NCBI GenBank assembly: GCA_030704615.1
Contig: CM060733.1
Coordinates: 27,094,001-27,158,000, forward strand
Source: Takakia lepidozioides
Taxonomy: Eukaryota; Plantae; Bryophyta
Direction of reading: 5' to 3'
DNA: 64,000 bases
Both the position numbers and the translations under genes were made by a program. The notes beneath the pieces are model-generated. The model worked only from the letters and a program-made list of their open reading frames with translations. It did not search any database and was not told the origin of the DNA. Shown in pieces: positions 37,601 to 51,754 of this stretch; within the stretch, counting starts at the first letter, position 1; each line of letters begins with the position of its first letter.

Positions 37601-40503
37601 ATTGACGTACGAATTAGGGTCTTACATTTGGCATTAGGTACCTCCTTATGTTAACGATTTTAACAAATGATTTTTTTAGGTGGTTTTTTACGTGGGAGGT
37701 TACTATTTTTGTTAGCCATTAGATAGCAGCCATTAGTCGAAATCAACGGCAAATATTTCACCAACGTTCCTCCAAAAATATGAATTTAAAAATATCTAAC
37801 ACAACTTGCACAGATTCACATGAGATTTCGGGCTATCCATGAAGAGAAAAAGCTTTGTCTTTTATTTATTCTTAAAACAATTTACAGAAAGAGGGACGGT
37901 GGCCTCGAAAGCTTTACATCATATGGACAAAAATGGTCCGAAAATACAAAATGTGGAAGTCTGGTGGAAAAAATAACCACCTAAAGGCCATGGAGGCTTA
38001 ATGTGGGGAAACTACCCCGTAACCAAGTAACTACAAACTAGAGAGGAGAAAAAGAAGGGAGTAGGGAGGAGTGGGGAGTATCAAGTGGAGAAACCTAAAT
38101 AAATCCTACAGATTGTGAACTGATTAATTGTGAACTGTGAGTAACTGGATTTTCTCCAGTATTGAGAATGATGGGACCTTATTTGCACACCCAAAGAGAG
38201 CCATGACTCGCAGTTCACAATCTTACATATCCGAGGACTTGCAGAATAGACAAGGGCCTACAACAACAAAAGATATCAGGTGCTCAAAACTTAAGCTACA
38301 ACTTGATCCCGAGCCTTTTTCTGACGTCAACTGAAGTCACCTTCTTCCCCTTCCATTGGGGATTTCCCATTGTGAGGGGATGGCGTTTCCCCTAGAACAT
38401 TTGTCCTTCATCATGTAATAAATATTAATGGCTACATTTCATTCCCACCTCTCATCTACGGGAGGGATTTTTTAAAAAATAAGCCCCATTACTACTCTAA
38501 TTTCGTCCAACGATGACGGGTCCATGTTTCGTTTCACAAAACCGAAAATTTTGCTTAGTTTTTCCCATAATAGCTTGGTTTTCGTTTGACGAAGGCCACA
38601 TGCCACCTCTCCTCCGAAAAACAGGAAAACAAGAAAAAGAAATCCTCACTAGCTCATTGTTGTCATGTTGTTTGCTGTCCCTATAGACAAAGAGGGTTTG
38701 CATGCATTTCGTGGTTTTGCTTCATCCTACAAATTGCTTTTAGAACTCCTAAGCACACATATAGGAGGGCTTATTCATCATTTGCTCTGCTGCTATTAAT
38801 TTATTATGTAGAGACTGTTAGTATGCTGAGGTGATTTTACCTCAATAGTACATCCTAGCCGTTATTTGTAGGGAATGGTCAATGAGTACTTTTTGTTTCT
38901 CTCACCTTCTTCGCACTTGTGACACTGGAGGGGGACAGTCACAGGGGGGAGGGGCTTCTTTCAGCTTGACTCAAGGTAGTAGACCCTTCCTATTCCTACA
39001 GTGGCCTAGGCTGCTGTTCCAAACCAAAAATGGGCTGCTACCTGAATGCTCAGGTCTGGTCAGCTGACCATTGGTAGGCAGCCTATACTAAAAACATTCC
39101 ACTCTGCTTTTGCATATCCAGAATGATTACCCGCTGCACAGCCAAGCATGCTTCTGTTCACCTGGGCTGTGTGTGGTGCTTGCAGGTGAGGGGGGGCACT
39201 CGAGGGGCAAGAGCATGCCGAGGTCCGATCATACACAAGCAGGGTAGAAAATCTCCACTCTCAATGTGCAGAAAATAATTGCCTTCACTATTAGTTACAG
39301 CTGAGCACACTTTTGTCCACATGAATTGTGTTGTGCCCTTGCAGGTGATTGGAGGGCCCAACCATTGACGGGAGAGGACACTAGAGTTGCATCATTTGTG
39401 GATTATCTATGGCTGCTTGGCTCAGAGACTCTGACGCCCCACGCATCTTAGCCTTAGTCCAGAAACTTGATGTGAATTCGGATTACCATGAAACAATTGA
39501 GAGCGATCTAGCCATCGTTACATCTTGCCAGGATATCATGCAAACTTATTATCCTGTACACAGCTTTTGCACTGATGTCCCAGGTGGCTGGAATGAGCCA
39601 CCTTCAGGAGCACAACTAGGAATTGATGCTACTGGACACATTGATATATGCCGAACGATGGGCGTGAGTAGGCAGCCGTTCACCTTTCAGATATGGACAC
39701 CATGGTTGGAAAATCTCTGCTACAAGCACTAAAAAGCAGATAGCTGATTGAATGATGGAGGGGGAGCTCCCTGCTTTGGGATCACTTATGAGTTAATCAG
39801 AGAAAATCGGTATATCATATCAATGTGAAATGGATACGGATCTCGAACAAAATGGTTCAGGAGAAGAACCTATGTAGTACAGCTCACCAGACTCCGGAAG
39901 ATTCTGAGAATTCTTGGTCTTGCACAAACATGACTCGCAACATCACTTAAAGAACCAGCAAGCAGTCTCAATTTACATCTAATCAAATGAAAGGGATGGT
40001 AGTGAATATGGGGGACCCCAGTAAATTAAGATTTGAATTGACGGAAATCAATTTTACATTCACTACAGTGAAAAAGGTAAGGAGGTAACAATGCCCCTGG
40101 GCAAAAGGTAGTTAGAAGGCAAATATGCACGTCTTTCAATGCTTGTGATATGGAGGCTTTGAAAGGAAAGTTGAACACTATTTTTAACCATGTTGTTGGA
40201 GCGCACGTGGTGTGGAATTGCCACTACGAATTAATCAGGGTTTAATCTCTAACATGTGTCAATACAGCTAACATCCCTCACGGTGAATATCTGCTCAACA
40301 CGAACAGACACCCAGAACTTTCACCACCCGACCTTTGGAGCTATATGAAAGATAGTTACTTACCAAGCAAATTTCAGATGGAGGAAGACCCCTCCAGATA
40401 ACCTTGCAGGTGCCATAAATGATTTGGCCTGTATCTTTGTCGAAGTACACTTTAATGGCCCTTTTCATTGCAGCTCTAGTTCAAGTACACTCTCAGCACC
40501 CTC

Positions 40504-42876
40504 TTACTTTGATGTAGACATGTCAGTGTGAGGTTTCCTGCTTTTCTGCCTATATTTAGCAATGGAGTACCAGATGCCACCAGCAGTGTTGATGACCAGG
40601 CCCAGCACATTAAGTGCACGTACCTCAACACGACCCAGAAACAGAAACCCCAGAATCTGCAATCCTCAAAATCCCAAGAACGCCCTGCTTACTTCAGTGT
40701 AGGTGCACATTAAATTATGCTGACCACAGTCGCACATGACTACAGGTGGTGGGGAGAAATACACAAGTCATTTCCTAACCTGAGAGCTCACAAACAGAAA
40801 GATGTGCAGGTTGCAATAGCAAATTTTCTAGAAAGGAAGAAATTATAAGAGACGGGGCATACCGTAGCTCCAACTCCTTTGAGAACACCCACAATGGTGG
40901 TGGTAAGAGCCGAGTTGACAAGAGTGCAGAGAAACATGGTGAAGTTGAGCACCAAGCCCATAGCCAGTGACCCCACCACCATTGCCGCAAAACCCATATC
41001 CTTCATCTGTACTCACAACTCCAAACAGATCATAAGCATCTGCTAAAAATCTGTGGAAGAGAAGCGACAAAGATGAAACAGCCCAGTAAGTCCAATCTAG
41101 ACATGCCCAGCATGGAAGTTGTCAGGAGATACTCACATGATGACCATGTTACCACCAGCTTTAATCCTGTAAAAACCAACTGGGGGGATTTGCTTCAGCT
41201 GGAGCATGATTTAGCTGCACTACTAGATGTCACTGCAGTCGTCTGGGAGTGCCCAGGGCATTTTGTTGCTAAGTGACAATATATTAAGTCTCAGAGTATT
41301 CGCAAACAGATGTTATCCACAAGTGTCATCATCCCATCATCTTTACCTGCAACACTAGTCCTCTGTCTGCTCAATTAGTGCTGGAGTTTAAGTTGGAAGA
41401 CCACCTATCTTCTAGTAGCATCTCAGAATGTTGAAGCCATTGGATGAAACAAACCTGTAAGGATCGGCACAGCTCATTAGACTTTTTTTTGCACTAGCCA
41501 CATAGTATGCAACTGGGCTACTGCAGAAAGGAGTCTTCTTGCTCAGGATTGGGGAAACGTTACAGCCTCCAAGGAGATGGATATGCATAAAATAATTTCA
41601 AAGGGAAGACCATGGAATAAATTATGAGAGGAAGAGCGGGGGCTGACCTTATCCAGAAGTAGGGGTCCCGCAACGCCGAGCTCCCCAGACCACGTGATGA
41701 GAAGAGTGAGGAAGGGTAGAGACAGAATGCTATTGTACAGCATCAGTTCAGATGATGACAAACCATCCTCTGCTCCGGACTTCTCGACCAACACCAAATA
41801 TGTCGTCTGTCATCCATCCCTCTCATAGATTAGCAACTGCTGATATGAAGATGAATCGAGAGTAGCATCTGTGCCATTGTGGAAATACATAAGAGAAAGA
41901 GAGAAACAGGGAGAACTTACCTGGAAGAAGACAGAAGTAAGAGCCATCACATAACCAAAGAGATCAAAGGAAAAGTCGCCAAGACCTGCCACGATGACAC
42001 CCAGGCCAGTCATACATACTGCGAAGAACACCTGCATGCACACAACCAAGCCTCTTCTTCAATCATCCAATTTGTACTTCTAAGTGGTACTACACTTTGC
42101 ACAAGAACTCGAAACTCAGATAAGATAGCCTGAAGCTTGAACCCACAACTGATTCCAGCATTTTATTCATGTTCAGAGTGCTGGCTTGGCACACAGAAGG
42201 ATGCAATAAGGTACCTGAGGAGGCGGTTTTGCCTTGTGAGTAAAGGCGCCAGTGATGAGCACTGCTAGTGGAGTGAGACGTTTCAGAGCAATGTACATGG
42301 GAATGTTGATGCCCTGTAAGCTGGCCAGGGCAAATGCAACATTGGCATTGTAGCACAGTGCAAGTGGGAGGAGGCGTCTAGCAGTCCGACCATCAAGGGG
42401 TCGCATCTGTAGGAGATCCATAAGGCCACCTCCCCCTAGCAGTATCACTGCTGCCACTTGCTGCCATTTCAAACTGTTAGGCTCCCCCTCTTGGCACACC
42501 TCTACCACCTTTTGCATCTAGTCGTGGGTCCAACAACAATCTTGAACAAGTGCGTGCATCAGCAGATATTATGTCTTCGATCATCATTGGCATTGTCACC
42601 GCTCTGTAAAAAGAGTTACAGTATAAGGCCAAATGGGATACCTGAAGGGTGAGAAGTACGAGGGAATGGGGATACTGCATGAGCACAGCCTTGTTAACGA
42701 GCACCATCGCCAACGATACAAGTCCATATGAGGGAGCTGCAATCAAACTAGACTGCCAACCACCACAAACCATAAGCCCTGATAATCTGACCCCAGCCAA
42801 CAGGTGCCCCAGTTCTACGTTCTGCATTCCGTAATGTAAGTACTGAGGTATGCAGATACACAACTTGCTGGTCCAT
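40504..42876 (-). CDS. UTR7: Nucleotide-sugar transporter, UDP-Gal/UDP-Glc transporter 7-like
   Basis: Exons encode SYGLVSLAMVLVNKAV, YNANVAFALASLQGINIPMYIALKRLTP, LGDFSFDLFGY, LVEKSGAEDGLSS, LNFTMFLCTLVNSALTTTIVGVLKG and INTAGGIWYS; TAA at 40506-40504. The start (ATG 42876, MDQQVVYLHTS) is tentative. Confidence 0.9.
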
Positions 42877-44062
42877 AATGCTGACTGTTATGAATGCACC
42901 AATTACGTCACACGTATTTTCATGGTTGTCACAGATAGCAGGAAAGGTTGTTGGTCTCCCCTGCATCTCATGCCAAAGCGCTGATCCACCATTCTTTGAG
43001 GACGGGGGGAAATCTTCCAATGCAAATGGTTAGCAACAGATAGACAATAGCCATCGACAATTTTGAAGGATTAATAAGTGGAGTATAAATCTCAGTCAAT
43101 TGTCTTTTTGTAAGCGCCCCCAGCCAATACCATCACCAGTGAAGAATGGAAGAACCGATGAGGCAGCCTGATCGGCACAATGCAGAGCGCTAAAACCGTG
43201 ACTACGAAGCAGCCACAATGTGCATCTGACTGGCAGACAAACTGATAAACATCTACTGCCACCGGACCTACAGGCGTGATACTGAGAAGGTCGAGGCAAT
43301 CACATGCCTGATAAATGTTTCTTGTTTTAAGCTAGTGTGCAGCTTCCCATCTTCTGGATCTTTACGTATCGGTGAAAATTTGGAAGAGAGTGCCATTGTT
43401 TGATGCCGACTCGTTCACCTTCGTTTCTCCTTTCCCGCCTGCACTCAAAGCATGTACTAGGCAAAGAAGCGGATCTACCAGCTGGTCCCTGATCAGCCCA
43501 CGCAGGATTTCCAATATGCAATTGCAGATCTGTGTGGAATTGCAACTCGTGAGAGTGAGAGTGCATCCAACATCGAGTCCTTTGCACTGTTGCAATCTGG
43601 CAGACCACAGGTGCCAGATTCACAAACCTCGCAACGTGCGAGTACCTCCTCTTCATTGAAGAAGCAGACTTGATGGCAGGCGCTGAACACGCGATCCATC
43701 TCCTTAGGGCAACAAATCATCTGCAGTAGCGCCCACTAATTTGTTCTGGCGCTAATAAAGGATGAGAAACTTACATCCTTGCAATTTCCGCGGTCATTAC
43801 CGCAGTCAATCCGGTGACCCACCACTTCCACATCCTGTTGCTGGCCTTCTTCACACCTGGTTTCTTCTCCCTCCCCCAGTCCGACTTGTTTGGAATCTTT
43901 TCTGTCTGGTCTGTCTACGTCTGTCGTGGTTGGTTTTGTATGAGCATTCAATGCAATGACTTCACCTGAACAGCATGGAGGAGATGGTTGTAGTTTTTGG
44001 ACCCAACACTGCAGTCGCCCCAAGCACGCATAAGATCTGGCGAAAGGAAGACGGTGGAAGGT

Positions 44063-46384
44063 ATGGATGCCCTTGTGAGCGCTACAACTCCAGGTGTTAG
44101 TGGGTTTCATGAGTTCGGCACAAGGATTCCCAAGATCCGCACAGGTAAAACTGTGGTATGTACCAGTCGGAGTTGGTCGCGACGGGGTCTGGTTTCAGGG
44201 GCAAGTGGGCACCAGTGGCGAACAGCAGTCCGTGCAGGATGTATGCATAGAGAAGGGCGGAGTCTTTGCTGGTGTTTACCAGAAGGTATCGACTCACATA
44301 CATGGGGGTCTTCATCCTGTACAGATGCTAGGCATTCAGATGTTGGCGCAAGGGACGGGCACGAAGACATCGTCAGGCTTAGCCATAGGGTAGATTGCGG
44401 CACATCAGATCGAGTTTTTCCCTTGGGTTGTATGAAAGGCCCGATTATCACAAGTGAGCATACTTGTGTAGCTGAAGTTGGCTACCCATTTTTCAGTCAA
44501 CACAAATCTTTGTGGCGGTCAGGGGGAAGGATTACGACAAATAGCTGTCAGGGTAGGTTACATTCTGCTTCATTATGTGGTCTGAAAAGTAGGCATTTCA
44601 CCAGTGTTTGGGTTCCGAATTGTCAACAAACCAGAGCACGCAAGAGAAACTCTATTTTGAAGCAAAATCTGAGCAGCAGTAACGGACGGCGCAGTAGAAA
44701 TACAGTGTTGGATTCGACGAGAAACTGTTTAAACTCAAAAGTAAGCACTGGAGCGAAGGATTTACGAACAGAGGCTTCACGGCCGCGGCGAAGAGACGGA
44801 AGAGGGTTGGGATGCATACTAAGGAGATGGAAAATGGGACAATGGTATGAAATGGTGCCAGGTTGCACAGCCTGGAATGCCTCGCAGGCCGGCCCCAATG
44901 ACCCCTCCTTTTTTGTTGAACAAGCAAAAGTGGAGGAAGGACAAAGCTCTGATCCGTTGCCTCAAGCAGCACCATCTATTTTATCATGGGTTCAAAATCT
45001 GTGGAAGGCAAGGTCTATTCTAAGTTCCAATCCTGGTTTTTCCTTGGCAAGCATGGTTGTGGTCTGTGGGACAACCCCATCTCTCTCTCTCTCTCTCCCC
45101 CTGTCCCTCTCTCTCTTCGTGTTCCTTCTCTTTATTGTGGGACTTCTGCTCCCGATGCTGCTATTGCATTAGATGTTTGAGACTATATTTCATGAATATC
45201 TTAGGGCTGTAACATTCAGCAGAACGGGGAGTCCTTAAACTTCACGTAGCAAGTGCACGCAATGCTAGCCAAGTTGTCAAGCTTTTCTCCATTTACTTGT
45301 TCTGTGAAGTCTGCAGCAATAGCAAGAATCTTATAGCACCTAATAGCAAGAAGACTTGTGTGGAACAGGTGGACTGGTTTCAGGTAATGCTTGGGCTTTC
45401 CAAAGGGGAGAAATTGTGGACAGTTCCGTGGACTGGGCAGACCATTTTTCAGGTTGATATTGCTTGTCTCATCTCCTGGACCCTCACAAAGTAGAGGATG
45501 GCATGTGCTTAAGTAGACATTTCAGTTTTGGATGGCAAACAGGTGAAGCCTTCCTCTAGTCAAGGCTTCCATGCAAATTGGTTGATACTGGGCCCCCTTT
45601 GTTAAGGCACTGCAGCAATCCTTCATCGTACATGAAAGTCAGATTTGCACTCCAGTCTTCATACCAGCTCCATACAGCTCCAAGTCAGTACTAACTCTTC
45701 AGGATGGTGGTATTGGGGCAGGTGATGTTCCTGTGGTTTGCAGCTTTTTGGCTGGTGGGTTCGTGGGTTATCCCAATAGCTGCACAGGCAGTGGGTTTCA
45801 GCAAGCACAGCCTGACGTACCGTGGCCAGGCCCTTTACAGCCTGATCACTGACATAGCAGAAGGGACAGTGGGGCTTGGCATCTTGCACCGTTGTTTGTC
45901 ACGGTTCCACCCTCTTTCAGGGGACTGGTTCCCTGTCTCCTGGCAGGGTAAATGGTATGTGGAGGCTTGCCTAGCCTGCTTCATGTTTCCGCTAGTAAAT
46001 CGGTTGTCGCAAATCAATCTTGACCTTTTACCCTTGCCAGGCCCATTTTGCTCATCCCATGTGGAGCAATCCATCATGGCTAAAGATCCTATTGCGACAC
46101 TGCTCTATGCCATGGTGGTTTCTGTATGTGCACCAGTATGGGAAGAAGTCATTTTCCGGGGTTTCCTCCTGCCATCTCTCACTCGCTACATGCCAGTATG
46201 GGGCTCTATTGTTGTCAGCGCAATAGCTTTTGCATTGGCTCACTTCAGCATCCAGCGTTTGCTTCCCCTTACATTTCTGGGATTGGTGATGGGAATCGTA
46301 TTCGTGCGGTCCCGCAATCTGTTGGCCTCGATGCTTCTGCACAGCTTGTGGAATGGTTTTGTATTTCTAGACCTGCTGCGATGA
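44063..46384 (+). CDS. CAAX protease / Abi (CPBP) family membrane metalloprotease, SCO4-like, with a long N-terminal extension
   Basis: APVWEEVIFRGFL, FALAH and LLHSLWN motifs. Exons about 44063-45007, 45383-45451 (WTVPWTGQTIFQ) and 45722-46384. The start codon is tentative. Confidence 0.88.
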
Positions 46385-47028
46385 AAGTGTCCTACTTGCC
46401 ACATACGCATCAACCTCATGTCAGAGACTGCCCCGAAGAGAGGGGAGGGGAGGGGAGGGGATGCTACGCAGGACATTTCCCACAAGGTTGTGGTATAATT
46501 ACCTCATAGGTTGATACACAGATTGTCCTGTGGCCTCCATTATTTCATGTATACCAGCTCTTTAACTCAAGAGCCCTGAGCATCATGAGCAAGCTTGAAT
46601 CTTCAGATGGATTTAATTGCTGAGATTTTCCTCTTGGCTGGGTTTTCAAAAATAAAAGTGAAAGATGCAGAACTATCTCCAAGCTCTCATTGTGTACCTG
46701 TGTCTGATTCTACTTCACCTTCACAAGTCTCCATATTATATGTCACACCTACCACAGCTGCACAATCAATCAAAGCAGGGGCTCTTCCCTTACACTCATT
46801 CCAGAAAACCACCATTCAAGCTTCTTCAAGTGACCATGGAGAAGCAACCATTTAAGGGAAGCTAACGAACGAATAGTTGACGAACGAACCCACTAACATT
46901 TCGTTGTGAGATGGCAAAGTAAGAAGAGGGCAGAGAGCCGGGCGTGGACTCGGAGGTTCTGGGACAGAAGGAAAGAAAGAGAGACAGGACGCGAGGAGAG
47001 AGGGCGACAGGAGTAATCGCAGAGGGCA

Positions 47029-47962
47029 ATGGCGGGGGGATTGGACGTGCACAAGAATAAGTATGTGGAAGAATGGGCAGCGGCACGTGAGAATCTGGAG
47101 AAGACGTTTCGGTTCAACCGCAAGACCATATCTCTAACCCTCATCTTCGGTGTGTTGGTGCCCTACATCACCTACAAAGGGATCGTTGCAGAGTTTGTAA
47201 GTGCTCGGCCATGATTTACTATCTGCGAATTTCTTGTCTGTAGCTGTCTGCGCTCCCCACTTCATGCTGTCTACACTTGCGCTTTGTTGCATCCCCTTAC
47301 TCCAGCTCTCAGTGTGAAAGTTGGCCACGGCCTACAATGCCCCTGAGCCGATCGTGGGGTTTGACCCTAGGAAACTCGGCCCAAGCTTTTCCAAAGCCAA
47401 GCACGTAGTTGCTGCTGTACGTAGAGAACCAAATTTGAATTTCAGCTCAGGCATGGACCTGACAGTAGAGGCTATTACTGAGCTACTGAGCTCTCTTCTT
47501 GACAGATGCAAGCATTTCGGGGAGCAATGGAAATCACACTTCCAGAGAGACGTCATTTGAAAGAGGACATCATTCCCTCATCGCTGCTGATTGCCTGCCT
47601 CTACTGTGAAATTCTTGATTTTGCAGACACACCCCACAATCATACTCAAAAAGATACCAAACAGATCACAGATCACAATCAAGAGAGCTGCAATCAGAAT
47701 TTAGACCTAGAAATTTGTGTCCAACCATTTCTACAGGTTTCGGCCAAGGATATGCTGAAGAGTGAAGTGACTGAGACTCAGGAAGATTTTGCGGCTTCCA
47801 CTCAAACCAGATTTTAGATGATGGTTGGGGATTGATTATTTGATTGATTATTTGTTGTAGGAGTAACACTGACTCACAGGGTGCATGGGTGGATCCTGGG
47901 TGCAGCACAAGCAAGATACGGATGCAGGCAAACCTGTGCGCAAATTTTTGGGTGCAGCATAA
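47029..47962 (+). CDS. Mitochondrial complex I subunit B15 (NDUFB4-like); alternative last exon at 47958-48005
   Basis: Exon 1 (47029-47196) encodes MAGGLDVHKNKYVEEWAAARENLE...YKGIVAEF and ends at a gtaagt donor. Exon 2 (47906-47962) encodes HKQDTDAGKPVRKFLGAA*. Confidence 0.88.
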
Positions 47963-48280
47963 GCAAGATAAGGATGCAGGCAAACCTGTGCTTGAATTTT
48001 TGTGATATCACATGTCTGATAAGAGTCATGGCTGGATCTTTTCTCCATGACCTCTAATGTAAGGGAGACTTGGGCCACTTCTTCTCTTTTACTTATATAA
48101 AACAATTGCCTCAATTGAAGCCCAGTAATTCTTTGTGAAGGAGAGACTGGACACCTGCTCAATGTTCATCATCACACACAGCTGTTGCCTCTTATATCTT
48201 TATGCTGTTGAGGGGTACAAATGGCAGCATTTATTGAAGCAATGTGATATTGTCAAATAAAAATAAATCCTGCTACTAAA

Positions 48281-51192
48281 TCATCTTCTGAGGAGACGAC
48301 GGCCCCTTTCATTGGCACCCTTCACCCGGAAATTGAGCTCTTGGACATCATCATGGAGATGGTCTACTCCCTCATTTTGCCTACATGACAACAAGAACCA
48401 CACAGCCTTTTCGGTGATAGTGCAGGTCACCAAACTGTACAAACTAGAAGTTCCTTGTCTGCCAGGAACACATCCTTTAATTTATTGATCATTTATCCAT
48501 GTCTACCATTCATGCAAAATGCAGCACACATTCATAAGGGTAGCTGTCCAAGACAAGTACCAAACCCGCAGGTTGGAGCAAAGGAAACACAAGACCTTGA
48601 GATTTCAGAGTTCATTTCAAGCGACATGCCCTTTAGCTGGCCCAGAATGTTGCTCAAATCCACCAGGTCATCATCCTGCTCCGCTCTCTCCACCTGCTTC
48701 AACAGTGTTTGTGTATGAGAGAAAGAAGGGCATGAGGGCCATTGGGGAGAGCAGTTAAACATATGTTCAAAAAGATCATCTGTTAATTGTGGATTTCCAA
48801 CTACCTACTCATGAAATGGAAAAACCTTACAGAATACATGACACTCCGAAACTGTTGTTCTTTTCTTGGATGACTGTGGATCCACTCGCTGTGGGGGGAC
48901 TATGCAGGGCACAACTGGGCACCTACAACAAAGCCCAATTGGGTCTTTATAGTGACAGTGTCTAGCAAAGAGATAAGAAAGCACTTGTCATGGAGAAGTG
49001 ACTGGAGAATGAGTGTGTTGAAGGCATAGCCCAAAGCAGTAGGCTCCCCATGCAAGACTGTAAGTATCATGAGGCACCCACAGCGAAGCCCTTGTGGAAG
49101 AAGTCTGACAAATGCATAAAGGCACTCAGCACAGGGAAATAATTGGTATCACTGTTTCCTTCGAAATATCGTAGTAAACTCTGAAGTTGAGAGGTAACCA
49201 AAGATGAAATGAGATAACCACCACCGAAAGACGATCTTTCAAAAATGGAAACAAACACATCAACTAAACTTCAAGAAACTACACATGGACGAACAATACA
49301 GAGAAGAGATCACAAAAAAGACATACCGAGTTTTTGTGCCTAGCTGAGATATTTTCAGCCTTCAAATTGACAAAAACTCCAGACAAAAATAAAGAAGACC
49401 TTGAAGAGGTAGCTCGAGCAGTAGGCAAAATATTGAAGTTGCTAAAGTAGTGTGAAGTCCACATTGGCAAACTTCTTGTTGAGCTCCAACATGAAAAGAA
49501 CACCAAGCACAAGTCAAACCTTCTACATAGGATGAGTCTACAGGGGAGAAAAAATGTTTACCTCTAGCACAGGTTGGGCCTGGAGGCCAGTAGAGTGTGC
49601 TGTCTCCCCCACATTATGGGTATTGAGCCCCAAGGCTCCCCGCTCTGCTGCTGCACTGGACCCTTGCTTATTATATGACTCCCCTGTACATCCTTCTTCG
49701 CCTTATATTAGACTCGGTTTTCCTCAGAACCAACAATCTCTAAAATACGGGGAAGTTCCTCTTCATAAGTTTGAAGGAGGGGAAAGAAGGGAGAGACACA
49801 CAGACATCATGGAGCTGACAATAAGACTGCATACCAAAAAAACTACAAAACAGAATATTCAAGGGCACTGGGAATGGGAGCATTGCACATGAGTGCACCA
49901 ATTTTTGAACTGGAGTGATGATCAACATACACAAATGGAAGTAAGCAGCATTGTATTACCTCCAGTGAGCAGGGGGCCAGTGATAGTATGAGTTTTCTTT
50001 GGTTTCCAGCTCAAGGAAAATATGCCTCCAAGATTTGCCAGAAGCTTTTCTCCCTGCATTCCCACCATCTTTCAAAATTCAATTAGCAGTTGAAGTGTAT
50101 TGCAAAACACCAAAACTATAAAGCAATGGCTGGTAGAATTTTCCTGGGTGGCTACAAGTCAGTCATAAAAACCCACTACACGCTCCACAAAAAGCCATTC
50201 TCATCGACGGAGTTACACACACTGAAGTTACTACAACATGGGGAGGAAAGAAGGTCGAACAGTTCACTGCTCAGCCAACTCGCCATCTGCAATTTCACTT
50301 GTGCGGATTTGGATTTGGACGTGCTGTAGTTAACCACCTCACTACCCTCCATCCACCCCCGAGCAGTCTCTACATACTCCTCAAGAATTTTTGTGTGTTT
50401 ACATGTGAGAGGTAACGGATTGGATCTTACCGCGCTGAGGTACTGGTCGACCTTGACGGCCGTCTCATGAGTGCGACGTATCTGGTCTCCCTGCTCATGC
50501 AACATCGTCATTGTCTTTCCAGCCACATCCTTAGTCTCCTCTACTACCTTCAAACAGTTTCTGATGGTAGACGTTGTTTCTTTCGGTTGGTCGACCGCGT
50601 AGGTCTGTAGATCTTGCAGCGCCTTGTTCTCGTAGGATTCCTGAGATCTATACAAATTGCTTGCGCCCGTCAAGAGCTCACCCCTTTGACCGCCATTGTT
50701 GTAGTTATAATTCCTATCACCATGGATGTCTCCATGTTGAAGTTTGACCCTCTCAGGTCTGGAGGGCAAGAAGGGTTCTGGAGAAGAACGACCCCTGACT
50801 TGTGCCTGCGCTAAAGAACCCGATTTAGGCCGACAGAATCCTTGCACTGGTTCCGCATTTGCGCCAGTCTCAAGACGACTAAGGCTGCTGTGCCTCACTT
50901 TCTCGGAAGATGGAAACTCCACACCTCTCTCACTGTATCCATCAAGGCTCCGAGTGCTGCTGGCCCTGGGCCTATACAACATGGGTTCTTCGACCGTCTT
51001 CTCCAGCCGGTCGCCCCCTGGTGGAGAGTATTTTGATGAGGTGGCTTCATCGTCGAAGGGATTGTTATTCTCATACGTGCCCGAGGAAGACGAAGTGTAG
51101 GAGTTGTTGCTTTCACTTTCCGAAGAATCGAAGGGATTAATTTTCTGATGGTGGCTTGCCGCTCTCTCTCTTGCTCTTGCAATGGTAGACAT
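48281..51192 (-). CDS. SNAP25-type Qbc SNARE (SNAP33-like)
   Basis: N-terminal NPFD motifs; Qb region TMTMLHEQGDQIRRTH...GEKLLANLGGIFS; Qc region QDDDLVDLSNILGQLKGMS...RVKGANERGRRLLRR*. Five coding exons joined by GT-AG introns. Confidence 0.92.
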
Positions 51193-51667
51193 TCCTCCCT
51201 GTTTTCCTGTATCCTTATCTCAAGGAATGTGTTCCGAATTGTGATGGATGACTCACCAGCCAGCCACCCAAATCTTCCAACGACTACACCTCGCTCCTGC
51301 ACTCTCTTTCAACCCTGTCTCTGATCTCTACTTCAAAATCCTCCCTCTATACCAAATGCGACAGCACCAGAGCTCAAAATTCCCTAAACCAAATGCAGGA
51401 AAGATGTAAACGAGAATGGGCAGGCACAATCAGCTGCCTTTCCTCCTCAAGAATCCAGCAACGGCTACTTACATCGAGGAACGAGCAATCCACAGGCCGC
51501 GTCTGACCATCAGAAGAAGAGGTCCACGGGGTCCACCCGCCAGCAGGAATTTCAAACGGCCGGAAATAGGTCCCACCATGCCCCACGTTGATGGACACTG
51601 TTCCATACGGATCATGCTACTTCATTAGGGCAAGACTAATCCTGTGGAATCCAATGTTTTGTGATTG

Positions 51668-51720
51668 CCCTAACCCTAACTCTATAAGTTGATCGTCTCC
51701 CTCGACATTCTTCTTTCTCA
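51668..51720 (+). promoter_or_regulatory. Telo-box-like motif and pyrimidine-rich leader in the divergent SNAP33/RPL18a promoter
   Basis: CCCTAACCCTAA followed by CTATAAG and a CT-rich tract about 40-85 bp upstream of the RPL18a ATG. Telo-boxes are typical of plant ribosomal-protein promoters. Confidence 0.5.
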
Positions 51721-51754
51721 CCGACTCGGAGGCGGGCGGAGGCACGCAGGAGCC

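Noticed and set aside
39409-39732. 107-aa ORF preceded by splice-like signals
   Set aside because: No recognisable family; I cannot distinguish it from a chance ORF.
43997-45172. 391-aa single ORF as a standalone gene
   Set aside because: It is exon 1 of the CAAX protease reading into the intron; the hydrophobic tail comes from a CT microsatellite.
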